Shown here: in pieces, positions 1-7,141 of the stretch | How the letters are laid out: the number at the start of each line of letters is the position of its first letter | Numbering within the stretch: position 1 is the first letter of the stretch | From: Leidyana gryllorum EB-2025a | Taxonomy: Eukaryota > Protista > Apicomplexa | NCBI GenBank assembly: GCA_048772705.1 | Contig: JBLWGC010000214.1 | Location: 1 to 16,120, forward strand | Direction of reading: 5' to 3' | Length of the DNA stretch: 16,120 bases | Made by a program: the position numbers and the translations under genes | Notes under the pieces: model-generated | Database searches by the model: none | What the model saw: only the letters and a program-made list of their open reading frames with translations | What the model was told of the DNA's origin: nothing

Positions 1-28
1 TAGCCGACCTTGGAGAGACGTGGCATTG

Positions 29-82
29 AACCCAGGACTTCTTCCAGCCGAAGAAAGAATCATATAACTGGACCAAACAGCC
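29..82 (-). pseudogene. tRNA-Pro(CGG) remnant, 3' end deleted
   Basis: Reverse complement GGCTGTTTGGTCCAGTTATATGATTCTTTCTTCGGCTGGAAGAAGTCCTGGGTT matches the Pro gene at 13560; the 3' acceptor strand is missing. Confidence 0.8.
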
Positions 83-98
83 CCCTGTGGGTGCCTCA

Positions 99-165
99 GG
101 TACTGGCAGGTTCCAAACCTGCGACTTCGTGGCTGAGAGACTTACCTCTGATGGCTGAGCTACGA
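99..165 (-). pseudogene. Degenerate tRNA-Asn
   Basis: Aligns to Asn 9051-9123 (ctggcagg...aacctgcgactt...ctgagctac); anticodon arm is destroyed. Confidence 0.6.
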
Positions 166-212
166 TTATTGGAGTTTGCGAGCAGCTTGCCGGTACCCAG
201 TCGATGCAGTCG

Positions 213-284
213 AGCCTTCAGCCGGAATCGAACCGGCGACTTCTCGCTTACTAAGCGGATGCTCTGCCCCTAAGCTAAGAAGGC
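213..284 (-). tRNA. tRNA-Thr(AGT)
   Basis: GCCTTCT acceptor, loop TT-AGT-AA, TTCGATT T-loop; one mismatch each in the acceptor and anticodon stems. Confidence 0.8.
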
Positions 285-352
285 AATCCAGGCCGAAGAT
301 CAAGAATCAGTCACTATTGACGGGGATTGCTGGAGCACTGTGCTCCAGTAGC

Positions 353-425
353 TTCCACTGCCGGGACTTGAACCCGGATCGTGCGGGTGAGAGCCGCATA
401 TCCTAGCCACTTAGACTACAGGGGA
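353..425 (-). tRNA. tRNA-Glu(CTC)
   Basis: TGCGG-CTCTCAC-CCGCA anticodon arm; one acceptor mismatch. Confidence 0.85.
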
Positions 426-588
426 CAAGTGCCCGAGTTGAGGCTTTGGACGAGAGCCGTACCGTCTTGGAAAATATGGGCGTGATCAAGTGAGTGGATC
501 TCTGATACAGATTCGGACTTAGTAACCAATTCCATTTGTATTGATCGTGGGATCTTGGGCCTTCCCCAGGTACAGGGCGAGCTTCTTT

Positions 589-660
589 GCCGCCCCAACT
601 CCGTCGGTGGCGCGCAAGACGTTTGATGGGAGAACCGCGGCTTCGTGCGGCGCGAGCAGT
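589..660 (+). pseudogene. Degenerate tRNA-Lys(TTT)-derived
   Basis: GCCGCCC..CTC.GTCGGT.G.GCGCAAGAC resembles the 5' half of Lys 13850-13922; 3' half decayed. Confidence 0.65.
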
Positions 661-722
661 CCTAGTAAAGCTCGCTGAACCGTATGTGAAGCCACTGGCC
701 GCAAATTGCCAAATTCGACAGT

Positions 723-804
723 GGCAACTTGCCCGAGTGGTTAAGGGGGTAGACTAGAAATCTACTGGGCCTGGCCCGCGCTGGTTCAAATCCAGCAGTT
801 GTCG
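723..804 (+). tRNA. tRNA-Ser(AGA)
   Basis: GGCAACT/AGTTGTC acceptor, GTAGA-CTAGAAA-TCTAC arm, long variable arm, G73. Confidence 0.95.
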
Positions 805-853
805 TGTGGTGTGATTGGAGGGTCAGACACAATCAACCTTGTGCCATCTCCTC

Positions 854-924
854 TGCATCTGCCGGGAAGCGAACCTGGGTCGTCTCGGTGGCAACGACAC
901 ATTCTACCACTAGACCACAGATGC
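854..924 (-). tRNA. tRNA-Gly(GCC), possibly defective
   Basis: GCATCTG/CAGATGC acceptor, loop TT-GCC-AC; T-loop TTCGCTT has lost A58. Confidence 0.75.
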
Positions 925-1075
925 GTGACACTTCCATTCCTGACCACAAAGTAATGAGTACTACTCCAGCCCGGCCCATTTCTGTGAGGCTACAGGTCGG
1001 TAGATGACAATCAGGCTCCTCATGATATGTGTGTTCCCAGAAACACACGCCCCTCTCACAGTTCGGAAGCTCCGT

Positions 1076-1148
1076 GCAGCCATGGTCTAGTGGTTACGAC
1101 GTCTGCTTAACACGCAGAAGGTCCCGAGGTCGATCCTCGGTGGCTGTA
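1076..1148 (+). tRNA. tRNA-Val(AAC), T54G variant
   Basis: TCTGC-TTAACAC-GCAGA arm; T-loop GTCGATC. Confidence 0.75.
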
Positions 1149-1203
1149 GCTCGCAACTTTCAGCGAGATCTTAAGGAAACAATCCTAAGCGCAACCAACT
1201 GTG

Positions 1204-1265
1204 CTCCGAGACCGGGAATCCACCCTGATCTTCCGCGTAATAGGCGGAAATACTAACCGCTTCGA
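1204..1265 (-). pseudogene. Degenerate tRNA-Asp
   Basis: Aligns to Asp 4847-4918 with mutated anticodon and T-loop and a 5' deletion. Confidence 0.75.
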
Positions 1266-1302
1266 GAACCAAAGGAAACAATCCTAAGCGAAATCAACTT
1301 TG

Positions 1303-1349
1303 CTCCGAGACCGCGAAACGAGCCCTGGTCTTCCGCGTGACAGGCGGAA
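1303..1349 (-). pseudogene. tRNA-Asp(GTC) 3' fragment
   Basis: Anticodon and T arms only; D arm and 5' acceptor strand absent. Confidence 0.75.
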
Positions 1350-1434
1350 GTACACGCCGGCCTCCAATCCCAGCAGTCTTTCTATTTTGACTCGCGAACA
1401 GAAAACGTGTAAAGCGGCGAGCCAAGAGCACTCC

Positions 1435-1514
1435 GGCACGGTGGCCGAGTGGTCTAAGGCGCTGTGTTAAGGCCGCAATCCGAAAGGGCGTGAGTTCGAA
1501 TCCCACTCTTGTCA
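1435..1514 (+). pseudogene. tRNA-Leu(AAG), multiple stem mismatches
   Basis: Copy of Leu 14870-14949 with substitutions in the acceptor, anticodon and T stems. Confidence 0.75.
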
Positions 1515-1574
1515 ACTGTTGTATTGTCATCCGGTCAGCTACTCAATGCAATAGCTCTTCCATGTTGTGGCTGT

Positions 1575-1647
1575 GGGCGGCTAGCTCAAATGGTAGAGCG
1601 CTCGCTTAGCGTGCGAGAGGTACTGGGATCGCTACCCAGGTCGTCCA
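1575..1647 (+). tRNA. tRNA-Ala(AGC), possibly defective
   Basis: G3:U70 pair, CTCGC-TTAGCGT-GCGAG arm, T-loop ATCGCTA (A58 lost). Confidence 0.8.
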
Positions 1648-1854
1648 AACTATCTGGAATCTTCGTCTCCAGCTGCCAGAACCCACCACCTTGAAGGGGT
1701 CACGTCTTACCCTTCGACCACAGGTGCAGCTGAGAGCTTGACAGAGGCTGCAGCACGCGCTGAGACATGAGCAGACGCGCCCCACCAATGAAATGCATGT
1801 TTCGACCCAGATGAGGAGTCTGTGACCCTCAGCCACAGCGATTTTCACAGCGCA

Positions 1855-1932
1855 TGACAACTGACTGCTGAATTTGAGCCACTAAGGGCCGGACTGAGAA
1901 GGTGTGAAGTTCACTCGCTCAACCACTTCCAC
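1855..1932 (-). pseudogene. Highly degenerate tRNA-Ser
   Basis: Reverse complement AGTGGTTGAGCGAGTGAAC...GGCCC...GGCTCAAATTCAGCAG..TTGTC is collinear with Ser(AGA). Confidence 0.55.
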
Positions 1933-1983
1933 CTCCTTTCAATGTGGCACGGCTCTCATCTGAAGTCTCAACTCGGCAAATAG

Positions 1984-2056
1984 TCCACTGTAGGCTGAGT
2001 GGCTAGGATATGCGGCATTCACGCGCACGATCCGGGTTCGAGTCCCGGCAGTGGAA
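1984..2056 (+). pseudogene. tRNA-Glu(TTC), U33 and stem mutations
   Basis: TCCACTG/CAGTGGA acceptor; loop CATTCAC. Confidence 0.75.
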
Positions 2057-2132
2057 GTCATTGGACTACTCGAGCAAAGTGCTCCAGTAATCTCCGTCAA
2101 TAGTGACTGATTTGTAATCTTCGGCTTGCATT

Positions 2133-2204
2133 GCCTTCTTAGCTGAGGGGCAGAGCATTCGCTTACTGAGCGAAAGGTCGCTGGTTCGATTCCGGCAGAA
2201 GGCT
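2133..2204 (+). tRNA. tRNA-Thr body with ACT anticodon (probable pseudogene)
   Basis: TTCGC-TTACTGA-GCGAA arm; the rest is nearly identical to Thr 4613-4684. Confidence 0.7.
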
Positions 2205-2252
2205 TTGCTCACGAGCCAATCTATCCTGCGACTGTTCCCTTCTGCGCACACT

Positions 2253-2324
2253 TAGCAGTGCGGCGTTTCGATCGACGGACCTTTGCGTTATGAGCCTAAC
2301 ACTCTTCCACTGAGCTACACTGCT
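2253..2324 (-). pseudogene. Initiator tRNA-Met(CAT), damaged anticodon stem
   Basis: A1-U72, T-loop ATCGAAA, loop CT-CAT-AA; stem TTAGG/CGCAA is mispaired. Confidence 0.8.
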
Positions 2325-2465
2325 CAGTCTGCAACATGGAAGAGGTAGCCGACATGTGATTTTCGAGATGTTAGTTGCCCTGACTGCCCTACCGAAGCGG
2401 GCTAACGAGGTGGCTGTGTTGGTTCTGAGGGCAACATGTCCGGTCAAGTCAAACGACGACCAATA

Positions 2466-2535
2466 GGGCTGTTCTGGAATCGAATCCAGGACTCCTTCCA
2501 CTCTGAGGAAGGATCGTACCAGCAGAGCAACAGCC
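2466..2535 (-). pseudogene. Degenerate tRNA-Pro
   Basis: GGCTGTT/AACAGCC acceptor; D arm and anticodon loop mutated. Confidence 0.75.
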
Positions 2536-2598
2536 GAATACTCGGGTGCATGCAACCGACTGTGGTCTTTTCCGGCTTTTTTTGGGGATGATCGCCGT

Positions 2599-2682
2599 TG
2601 CACAGAATGGGATTCGAACCCATGCAGACTTGCGCCTACCAGAACTTGAGTCTGGCCCCTTAGACCACTCGGGCATCTGTGC
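2599..2682 (-). tRNA. tRNA-Leu(CAA)
   Basis: GCACAGA/TCTGTGC acceptor, CCAGA-CTCAAGT-TCTGG arm, long variable arm, A73; intact. Confidence 0.95.
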
Positions 2683-2778
2683 ATTACTTTCCTTCTGAGT
2701 TCCAGAGTGTTAATGGCTTCCGTTGCGACCGCCGATGTCGTTCTGGCTGCGGTGTGCCACCCCGAAGTACTCTTACGG

Positions 2779-2857
2779 CCCGGGGTGCTGAGATGGTAAC
2801 GTATCTGACTGTAGTGGTGGCATCAGATATTCCACGAGTCAATTCCGTCCCACCCGA
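2779..2857 (+). pseudogene. Degenerate intron-containing tRNA-Tyr(GTA)
   Basis: TCTGA-CTGTAG-[TGGTGGC]-A-TCAGA retained; D and T arms decayed. Confidence 0.7.
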
Positions 2858-2928
2858 AGTTGAGGAGTGGCTGTTCCATCCCATCCTGATCGATGCTTCG
2901 CTACCTCTACAGCCTCGCTCAAAGATTT

Positions 2929-3000
2929 GTCCGAGTCGTCTAGTGGTTAGGACATCACGTTGTGGCCGTGCAAACCCAGGCTCGATTCCTGGCTCGGACA
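2929..3000 (+). tRNA. tRNA-His(GTG)
   Basis: GTCCGAG/CTCGGAC acceptor, loop TT-GTG-GC, A73, no encoded G-1; T-loop CTCGATT variant. Confidence 0.85.
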
Positions 3001-3085
3001 ACCAATCTAAAGTGCATTGCAATTCCCCTCCAAACCTCTCAGATCCTTATCGAGACCAGTCAGAATAGCTTAAGTGCGTGAGGAA

Positions 3086-3157
3086 AGCCTTCTGCCGGAA
3101 TCGAACCGGCGACTCCTCGCTTACGAAGCGAACGCTCTGCCCCTAAGCTAAGAAGGC
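3086..3157 (-). tRNA. tRNA-Thr(CGT)
   Basis: TTCGC-TTCGTAA-GCGAG arm; fully paired cloverleaf. Confidence 0.92.
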
Positions 3158-3267
3158 AACTTATCTGGAGAATCATGTGTCAGTTGTATCGACAGAAGTT
3201 AGCCGGGTGCTACGTGCACGGCGGGCAGTGCTGGGATCCAGTCGCAGGTTGTCCTGACTACAACGGC

Positions 3268-3347
3268 TGACAAGAGTGGGATTCGAACCCACGCCCTTTC
3301 GGACTGCGGCCTGAACACAGCGCCTTGGACCACTCGGCCATCTTGCC
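3268..3347 (-). tRNA. tRNA-Leu(CAG)
   Basis: GGCAAGA/TCTTGTC acceptor, CTGTG-TTCAGGC-CGCAG arm; intact. Confidence 0.93.
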
Positions 3348-3442
3348 GAAATGTTGTTGGCTCGCCCTTCCACGCGTTTCCTGTACTTGGAATCTCAAAA
3401 TGGAAGGTCTTCCGGGGTTGGAGGCCGGGGTATTCACGAGCG

Positions 3443-3513
3443 TCCGAGATAGTATATGGTTAGTATTTGAGCCTGTCACGCGGAAGACCCGGGTTCGATT
3501 CCCGGTCTCGGAG
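3443..3513 (+). pseudogene. tRNA-Asp(GTC), broken anticodon stem
   Basis: 1-nt D-loop deletion; 5' stem strand TTGAG vs TCCGC context. Confidence 0.75.
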
Positions 3514-3548
3514 CACAGTTGGTTCCGCTTAAAATTGTCTTCTTTGGT

Positions 3549-3613
3549 TCTCGAGATAGTATAGTATTTCCGCCTATCACGCGGAAGACCAGGGTCGATT
3601 CCCGGTCTCGGAG
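3549..3613 (+). pseudogene. Degenerate tRNA-Asp (ATC), D-loop deleted
   Basis: Tandem second Asp copy with internal deletions. Confidence 0.75.
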
Positions 3614-3668
3614 CACAGTTTGTTGTGCTTAGGATTGTTTCCTTTGGATCTCGCTGAAAGTTGCGAGC

Positions 3669-3740
3669 TACAGCCACCGAGGATTTACCTCGGACTTTCT
3701 GCGTGTTAAGCAGACGTCGTAACCACTAGACCGTGGCTGC
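3669..3740 (-). pseudogene. tRNA-Val(AAC), T-loop destroyed
   Basis: Anticodon arm intact; T-loop GTAAATC; U8 changed to C. Confidence 0.75.
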
Positions 3741-3814
3741 ATGAATGGTGCCCGCAGCCCAAGAGAAGTGGCGAAGTTTCAGGGAGTAGTGAGGACCAGT
3801 GAGGACCAGTTCCA

Positions 3815-3886
3815 AGGTCGCGCCGGGAATCGAACCCAGGTCGGGAGATTCAGAGTCTCCAGTGCTATCCACTACACGACGCAACC
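3815..3886 (-). tRNA. tRNA-Gln(CTG)
   Basis: GGTTGCG/CGCGACC acceptor, GGAGA-CTCTGAA-TCTCC arm, U73. Confidence 0.9.
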
Positions 3887-4067
3887 GGCTCAGCCCATCC
3901 CAGAAGAGTCTGTTCCTCAACTGGACACACGCAACACGGGTCTCTACTGACCTCTGAAATATTGTAAGTCGCTCCTGTATAAAGCGCCCAGCGTAGGCGT
4001 TGGATTTGGGTGGGACAGAAAGCTCACTTAAATCCTTGAAGCAGTTGCGCTTTTTCTCAAATGCAAC

Positions 4068-4149
4068 CGACAAGGGTGAGATTCGAACTCACGCGGGTGA
4101 AACCCAACGGCTTAGCAGGTCGCCGCCTTAACCACTCGGCCACCTTGCC
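4068..4149 (-). tRNA. tRNA-Ser(GCT)
   Basis: GGCAAGG/CCTTGTC acceptor, loop CT-GCT-AA, long variable arm; one anticodon stem mismatch. Confidence 0.88.
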
Positions 4150-4352
4150 GACAGTGGAACGGGCTACACATTCCATCGGGAATCCCGTGCGAATTGGTAG
4201 TGCCCCTTCTCGATGTCAGTATTTGCCTTTGGAATGACTGCTTGGCGGGGTGGACGAAGATCGGAGTGGCCGGTTCAGTAGCAATCATAAGGCTTTGCTG
4301 AACACATCAGTCGGCTCCTTCGGCTAGTGACTGTTGACCTCAACTCTGAAGC

Positions 4353-4426
4353 GGTCGCGTATTTCAGGCGGCCATAGCGTGAGCCTAATAAGTTCTGAGT
4401 CCCCGGTTGGAGTCCGGGCGTGGCCA
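4353..4426 (+). pseudogene. Degenerate tRNA-Ile(AAT)
   Basis: GGTCGCG/CGTGGCC+A acceptor, loop CT-AAT-AA, CCCGG-TTGGAGT-CCGGG T arm. Confidence 0.65.
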
Positions 4427-4527
4427 AGTGAGTGCATCTCTGATACAGCTTCGCCCTGTACCCGAGGAAGGCCCAAGATTCAACGATCAATACGAATGGA
4501 ATTTTGTTACTAAGTCCGAGCTTCGTC

Positions 4528-4595
4528 GCCGCCCCAAGTCCGTCGGTAGAGCGCAAGACTTTTGATGGGAGACCGCAGGTTCGGGCAGCGCGAGA
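4528..4595 (+). pseudogene. Degenerate tRNA-Lys(TTT)
   Basis: GCCGCCC...GTCGGTAGAGCGCAAGACTTTTGA. Confidence 0.7.
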
Positions 4596-4612
4596 AGTTC
4601 GAGACAGGGAAT

Positions 4613-4684
4613 GCCTCCTTAGCTTAGGGGCAGAGCATTCGCTTTGTAAGCGAAAGGTCGCTGGTTCGATTCCGGCAGGAGGCT
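4613..4684 (+). tRNA. tRNA-Thr(TGT)
   Basis: GCCTCCT/AGGAGGC acceptor, TTCGC-TTTGTAA-GCGAA arm; intact. Confidence 0.95.
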
Positions 4685-4726
4685 TCAGTCATTAGCCTAA
4701 ACATGGTTGCGATCATCCGCCCGCAT

Positions 4727-4767
4727 TTTCGGACGGCGGCTTGCACACAGCACTCGGCCATCTTGCC
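4727..4767 (-). pseudogene. tRNA-Leu fragment
   Basis: Reverse complement begins GGCAAGATGGCCGAGTG, followed by an internal deletion. Confidence 0.6.
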
Positions 4768-4846
4768 GAAGTGTTACCCGTTTCCTGTCCGTGAAATCTC
4801 AAAATGCGAGGAGTTCTGGGGTTGGAGGCCGGCGTGTTTACTAGCG

Positions 4847-4918
4847 TCCGAGATAGTATAGTGGTCAGTATTTCCGCCTGTCACGCGGAAGACCCGGGTT
4901 CGATTCCCGGTCTCGGAG
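4847..4918 (+). tRNA. tRNA-Asp(GTC)
   Basis: TCCGAGA/TCTCGGA acceptor, TCCGC-CTGTCAC-GCGGA arm, G73; intact. Confidence 0.95.
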
Positions 4919-5037
4919 CAGTTCCAGCCCTCACAACTGGTGCAACTCCGATTTTGTCTCAGCTGGTCTGGACTTCATTCGGGATTGTACGAGTGGGAGC
5001 CGCGTATAGTAGCCGACCTTGGAGAGACGTGGCATTG

Positions 5038-5091
5038 AACCCAGGACTTCTTCCAGCCGAAGAAAGAATCATATAACTAGACCAAACAGCC
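5038..5091 (-). pseudogene. tRNA-Pro(CGG) remnant
   Basis: Duplicate of 29-82. Confidence 0.8.
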
Positions 5092-5107
5092 CCCTATGGG
5101 TGCCTCA

Positions 5108-5174
5108 GGTACTGGCAGGTTCCAAACCTGCGACTTCGTGGCTGAGAGACTTACCTCTGATGGCTGAGCTACGA
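5108..5174 (-). pseudogene. Degenerate tRNA-Asn
   Basis: Duplicate of 99-165. Confidence 0.6.
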
Positions 5175-5221
5175 TTATTGGAGTTTGCGAGCAGCTTGCC
5201 GGTGCCCAGTCGATGCAGTCG

Positions 5222-5293
5222 AGCCTTCAGCCGGAATCGAACCGGCGACTTCTCGCTTACGAAGCGAACGCTCTGCCCCTAAACTAAGAAGGC
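5222..5293 (-). tRNA. tRNA-Thr(CGT)
   Basis: Loop TT-CGT-AA; occupies the same slot as Thr(AGT) at 213. Confidence 0.82.
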
Positions 5294-5369
5294 AATGGAA
5301 GCCGGAGATGACGAAACAATCGCTATTGACGGAGATTAGTGGAGCACTTTGCTAGAGTAGTTCAATGAC

Positions 5370-5442
5370 TTCCACTGCCGGGACTTGAACCCGGATCGTG
5401 CGGGTGAAAGCCGCATATCCTAGCCACTTAGACTACAGTGGA
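5370..5442 (-). tRNA. tRNA-Glu(TTC)
   Basis: TCCACTG/CAGTGGA acceptor, TGCGG-CTTTCAC-CCGCA arm; intact. Confidence 0.95.
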
Positions 5443-5599
5443 CGAGTGGTTGAGTTGGGGCTTCGGCCGAGAGCCGTACCGTCTTGGAAAACATGGTATG
5501 TCGGCGTGATCTCTGATACAGATTCGGACTTAGTAACCAATTCCATTTGTATTGATCGTGGAATCTTGGGCCTTCCTCGGGTACGGGGCGAGCTTCCTT

Positions 5600-5670
5600 G
5601 CCGCCCCAACTCCGTCAGTAGAGCGCAAGACTTTTGAAGGGAGATCCGCGGATTTGGGCGGCGCGAGCAG
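5600..5670 (+). pseudogene. Degenerate tRNA-Lys(TTT)
   Basis: Same decayed Lys as at 589 and 4528. Confidence 0.65.
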
Positions 5671-5732
5671 TCCCAGTAAAGCCGCGGAACCGTATGTGAA
5701 GCCACTGGCCGCAAAATGCCAAGTTCGACAGC

Positions 5733-5814
5733 GGCAACTTGCCCGAGTGGTTAAGGGGGTAGACTAGAAATCTACTGGGCCTGGCCCGCGCTGGTTCAAA
5801 TCCAGCAGTTGTCG
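5733..5814 (+). tRNA. tRNA-Ser(AGA)
   Basis: Identical to 723-804. Confidence 0.95.
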
Positions 5815-5878
5815 TGCGATGTGACCGGAGGGTCAAACACCAACTCACGCATGAAACTCAACCATGTGCCATCTTCTC

Positions 5879-5949
5879 TGCATCTGCCGGGAATCGAACC
5901 TGGGTCGTCTCGGTGGCAACCACACAGTCTACCACTAAACCACAGATGC
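5879..5949 (-). pseudogene. tRNA-Gly(GCC), mispaired anticodon stem
   Basis: Stem TGTGG/CGAGA; acceptor and T arm intact. Confidence 0.75.
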
Positions 5950-6089
5950 GTGACATCTCCATTCCTGAATACAAAGCGAAGGGTCTTGACTAGTCCAGGC
6001 CGTCCAACTTAGGCCGATACATAAAAACCAGGCTCATCGGATACGTGGTTCCAGAGACACACGCCCCTTTCGCAGTCGGGAAGCTCCGT

Positions 6090-6159
6090 GCAGCCATCTA
6101 GTGGTCACGACGTCTGTTTAACACCCAAAAGGTCCCGAGTTCCATCCTCGGTGGCTGTA
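6090..6159 (+). pseudogene. Degenerate tRNA-Val(AAC)
   Basis: 3-nt D-stem deletion, broken anticodon stem, T-loop TTCCATC. Confidence 0.8.
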
Positions 6160-6211
6160 ACACGCATCGTTCAGGTGAGCATCACGAAATCTAGAGCGGA
6201 AGACGATCTAT

Positions 6212-6283
6212 CTCCGAGGCCGGGAATCGAACCCGGGTCTTCCGCGTGACAGGCGGAAATACTAACCGCTATACTATCTCGAG
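6212..6283 (-). tRNA. tRNA-Asp(GTC), imperfect acceptor
   Basis: D, anticodon and T arms intact; both ends of the acceptor stem mispaired. Confidence 0.7.
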
Positions 6284-6319
6284 AATCAAAGGAAAGAATC
6301 CTAAGCGAAATCAACTGTG

Positions 6320-6367
6320 CCCCGAGACCGGGAAACGAACCCTGGTCTTCCGCGTGACAGGCGGACA
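6320..6367 (-). pseudogene. tRNA-Asp 3' fragment
   Basis: Equivalent to 1303-1349. Confidence 0.75.
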
Positions 6368-6451
6368 TACACGCCGGCCTCCAATCCCAGAAGTCTTTCT
6401 ATTTTGACTCACGATCAGAAAACGTGTAAAGCGGCGAGCCAAGAGCACTCC

Positions 6452-6506
6452 GGCAAGATGGCCGAGTGGTCTAAGGCGCTGTGTTAAGGCCGCAGTCCAA
6501 AGGGCG
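6452..6506 (+). pseudogene. tRNA-Leu(AAG), 3'-truncated
   Basis: Stops after the variable arm; joined to the Tyr upstream flank. Confidence 0.8.
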
Positions 6507-6550
6507 AGGATCTGGGGTTGAGCCTTTCGAACCCCGGGGCAGTTGGACGG

Positions 6551-6630
6551 CCGGGGGTAGCTCAGTTGGTAGAGCATCTGACTGTTGTGCTGGCATCAGA
6601 TAGTAGGCGGTTCGATTCCGTCCCACCGGA
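6551..6630 (+). tRNA. tRNA-Tyr body with GTT anticodon and 7-nt intron (6588-6594); probable pseudogene
   Basis: C1-G72, A73; TCTGA-CTGTTG-[TGCTGGC]-A-TCAGA. Confidence 0.75.
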
Positions 6631-6724
6631 AGTAGAGGGGTCATCGGCAAACTACTACTCAACCTGATGGACAGCGTTGATAGGCCAACTAGACTACTCC
6701 CGCGAGGGTTCCATCTATGTAGTT

Positions 6725-6797
6725 CGGATGGGCTGGCAATCGATCCCAGAACCTTTCGTATACTAAGCCACCGTTTCATCATCTGGGCCAGCCTCCC
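6725..6797 (-). pseudogene. Degenerate tRNA-Ala
   Basis: Reverse complement GGGAGGCTGGCCCAGATG...GCTTAGTAT...CTGGGATCGAT is collinear with Ala(AGC). Confidence 0.65.
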
Positions 6798-6802
6798 TCT
6801 AT

Positions 6803-6906
6803 GACTACCTCATGGCATTGAGTGGTACTTCACATAGTGATACGAGTCTCTCGACTACCTCATGGCATTGAGTGATACTTCACATAGTGATACGAGTCTC
6901 TCGACT
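6803..6906. repeat. 50-bp tandem duplication
   Basis: gactacctcatggcattgagtg(g/a)tacttcacatagtgatacgagtctctc twice; single copy near 10593-10642. Confidence 0.9.
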
Positions 6907-6936
6907 GTACCCAGCGGGTTGAACCACCGACCAGTC

Positions 6937-7007
6937 GGCTGTTTGGTCTAGTGGTATGATCCTTCTTCAGGGTGGAAGTAGTCCTGGTTCGATTCCCAGA
7001 ACAGCCC
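6937..7007 (+). pseudogene. tRNA-Pro(AGG), U33C and T-stem deletion
   Basis: GGCTGTT/AACAGCC acceptor; loop TCAGGGT. Confidence 0.75.
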
Positions 7008-7141
7008 TCTTGGTTGTCGGTTGACCCGATGGGATAAGCAGGTTTTAGAAGTAACACAGCCACCTTGTTACCACTTCGGCACTCAAGGCAATTAACATCT
7101 CAAAAATCGCATTTCGGCTCCCTCTTCCATGGTGCAGACTG

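Larger units (their letters stand above)
1..1500 (+). repeat. Segmental repeat copy (direct; partner about 5010-6500)
   Basis: Same gene order and spacers: Pro-Asn-Thr-Glu-Lys-Ser-Gly-Val-Asp-Asp-Leu; tagccgaccttggagag recurs at 1, 5010 and 16034. Confidence 0.9.
1945..2535. repeat. Inverted repeat (partner about 6937-7515)
   Basis: Pro-iMet-Thr-Glu module with homologous spacers in reverse orientation. Confidence 0.85.
3268..4330 (-). repeat. Inverted segmental repeat (partner about 9335-10300)
   Basis: Ser(GCT)-Gln-Val-Asp-Leu module in opposite orientations; further copies at about 12695-13240 and 14485-14950. Confidence 0.9.
5290..6283 (+). repeat. Recent near-identical ~1-kb duplication (partner about 7325-8320)
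   Basis: Shared inactivating lesions in Gly and Val and near-identical spacers. Confidence 0.92.
6452..6925 (+). repeat. Direct repeat (partner about 10246-10665)
   Basis: Truncated Leu - Tyr - pseudo-Ala module with shared spacers. Confidence 0.9.

Noticed and set aside
11-82. Apparent Pro/Ala chimeric tRNA ending in ...TCTCCA
   Set aside because: The undeleted copy at 16034-16120 shows the Ala-like tail is spacer brought in by a deletion; it does not pair with the 5' acceptor strand
484-510. gatcaagtgagt resembling the U2 snRNA branch-point region
   Set aside because: The match is short and lacks GTAGTA and other U2 stems; it is explained as the 3' end of pseudo-Ile plus flank
1855-1932. 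Ser-derived element with CT-TCA-CA at the anticodon position (possible tRNA-Sec or opal suppressor)
   Set aside because: The stems do not pair, there is no extended acceptor or D arm as in tRNA-Sec, and it is collinear with a decayed Ser(AGA)
4847-4918. Taxonomic assignment to alveolates from remembered similarity of the Asp and iMet sequences
   Set aside because: Based only on recollection; no spliced-leader or rRNA marker was seen, and a database search is needed
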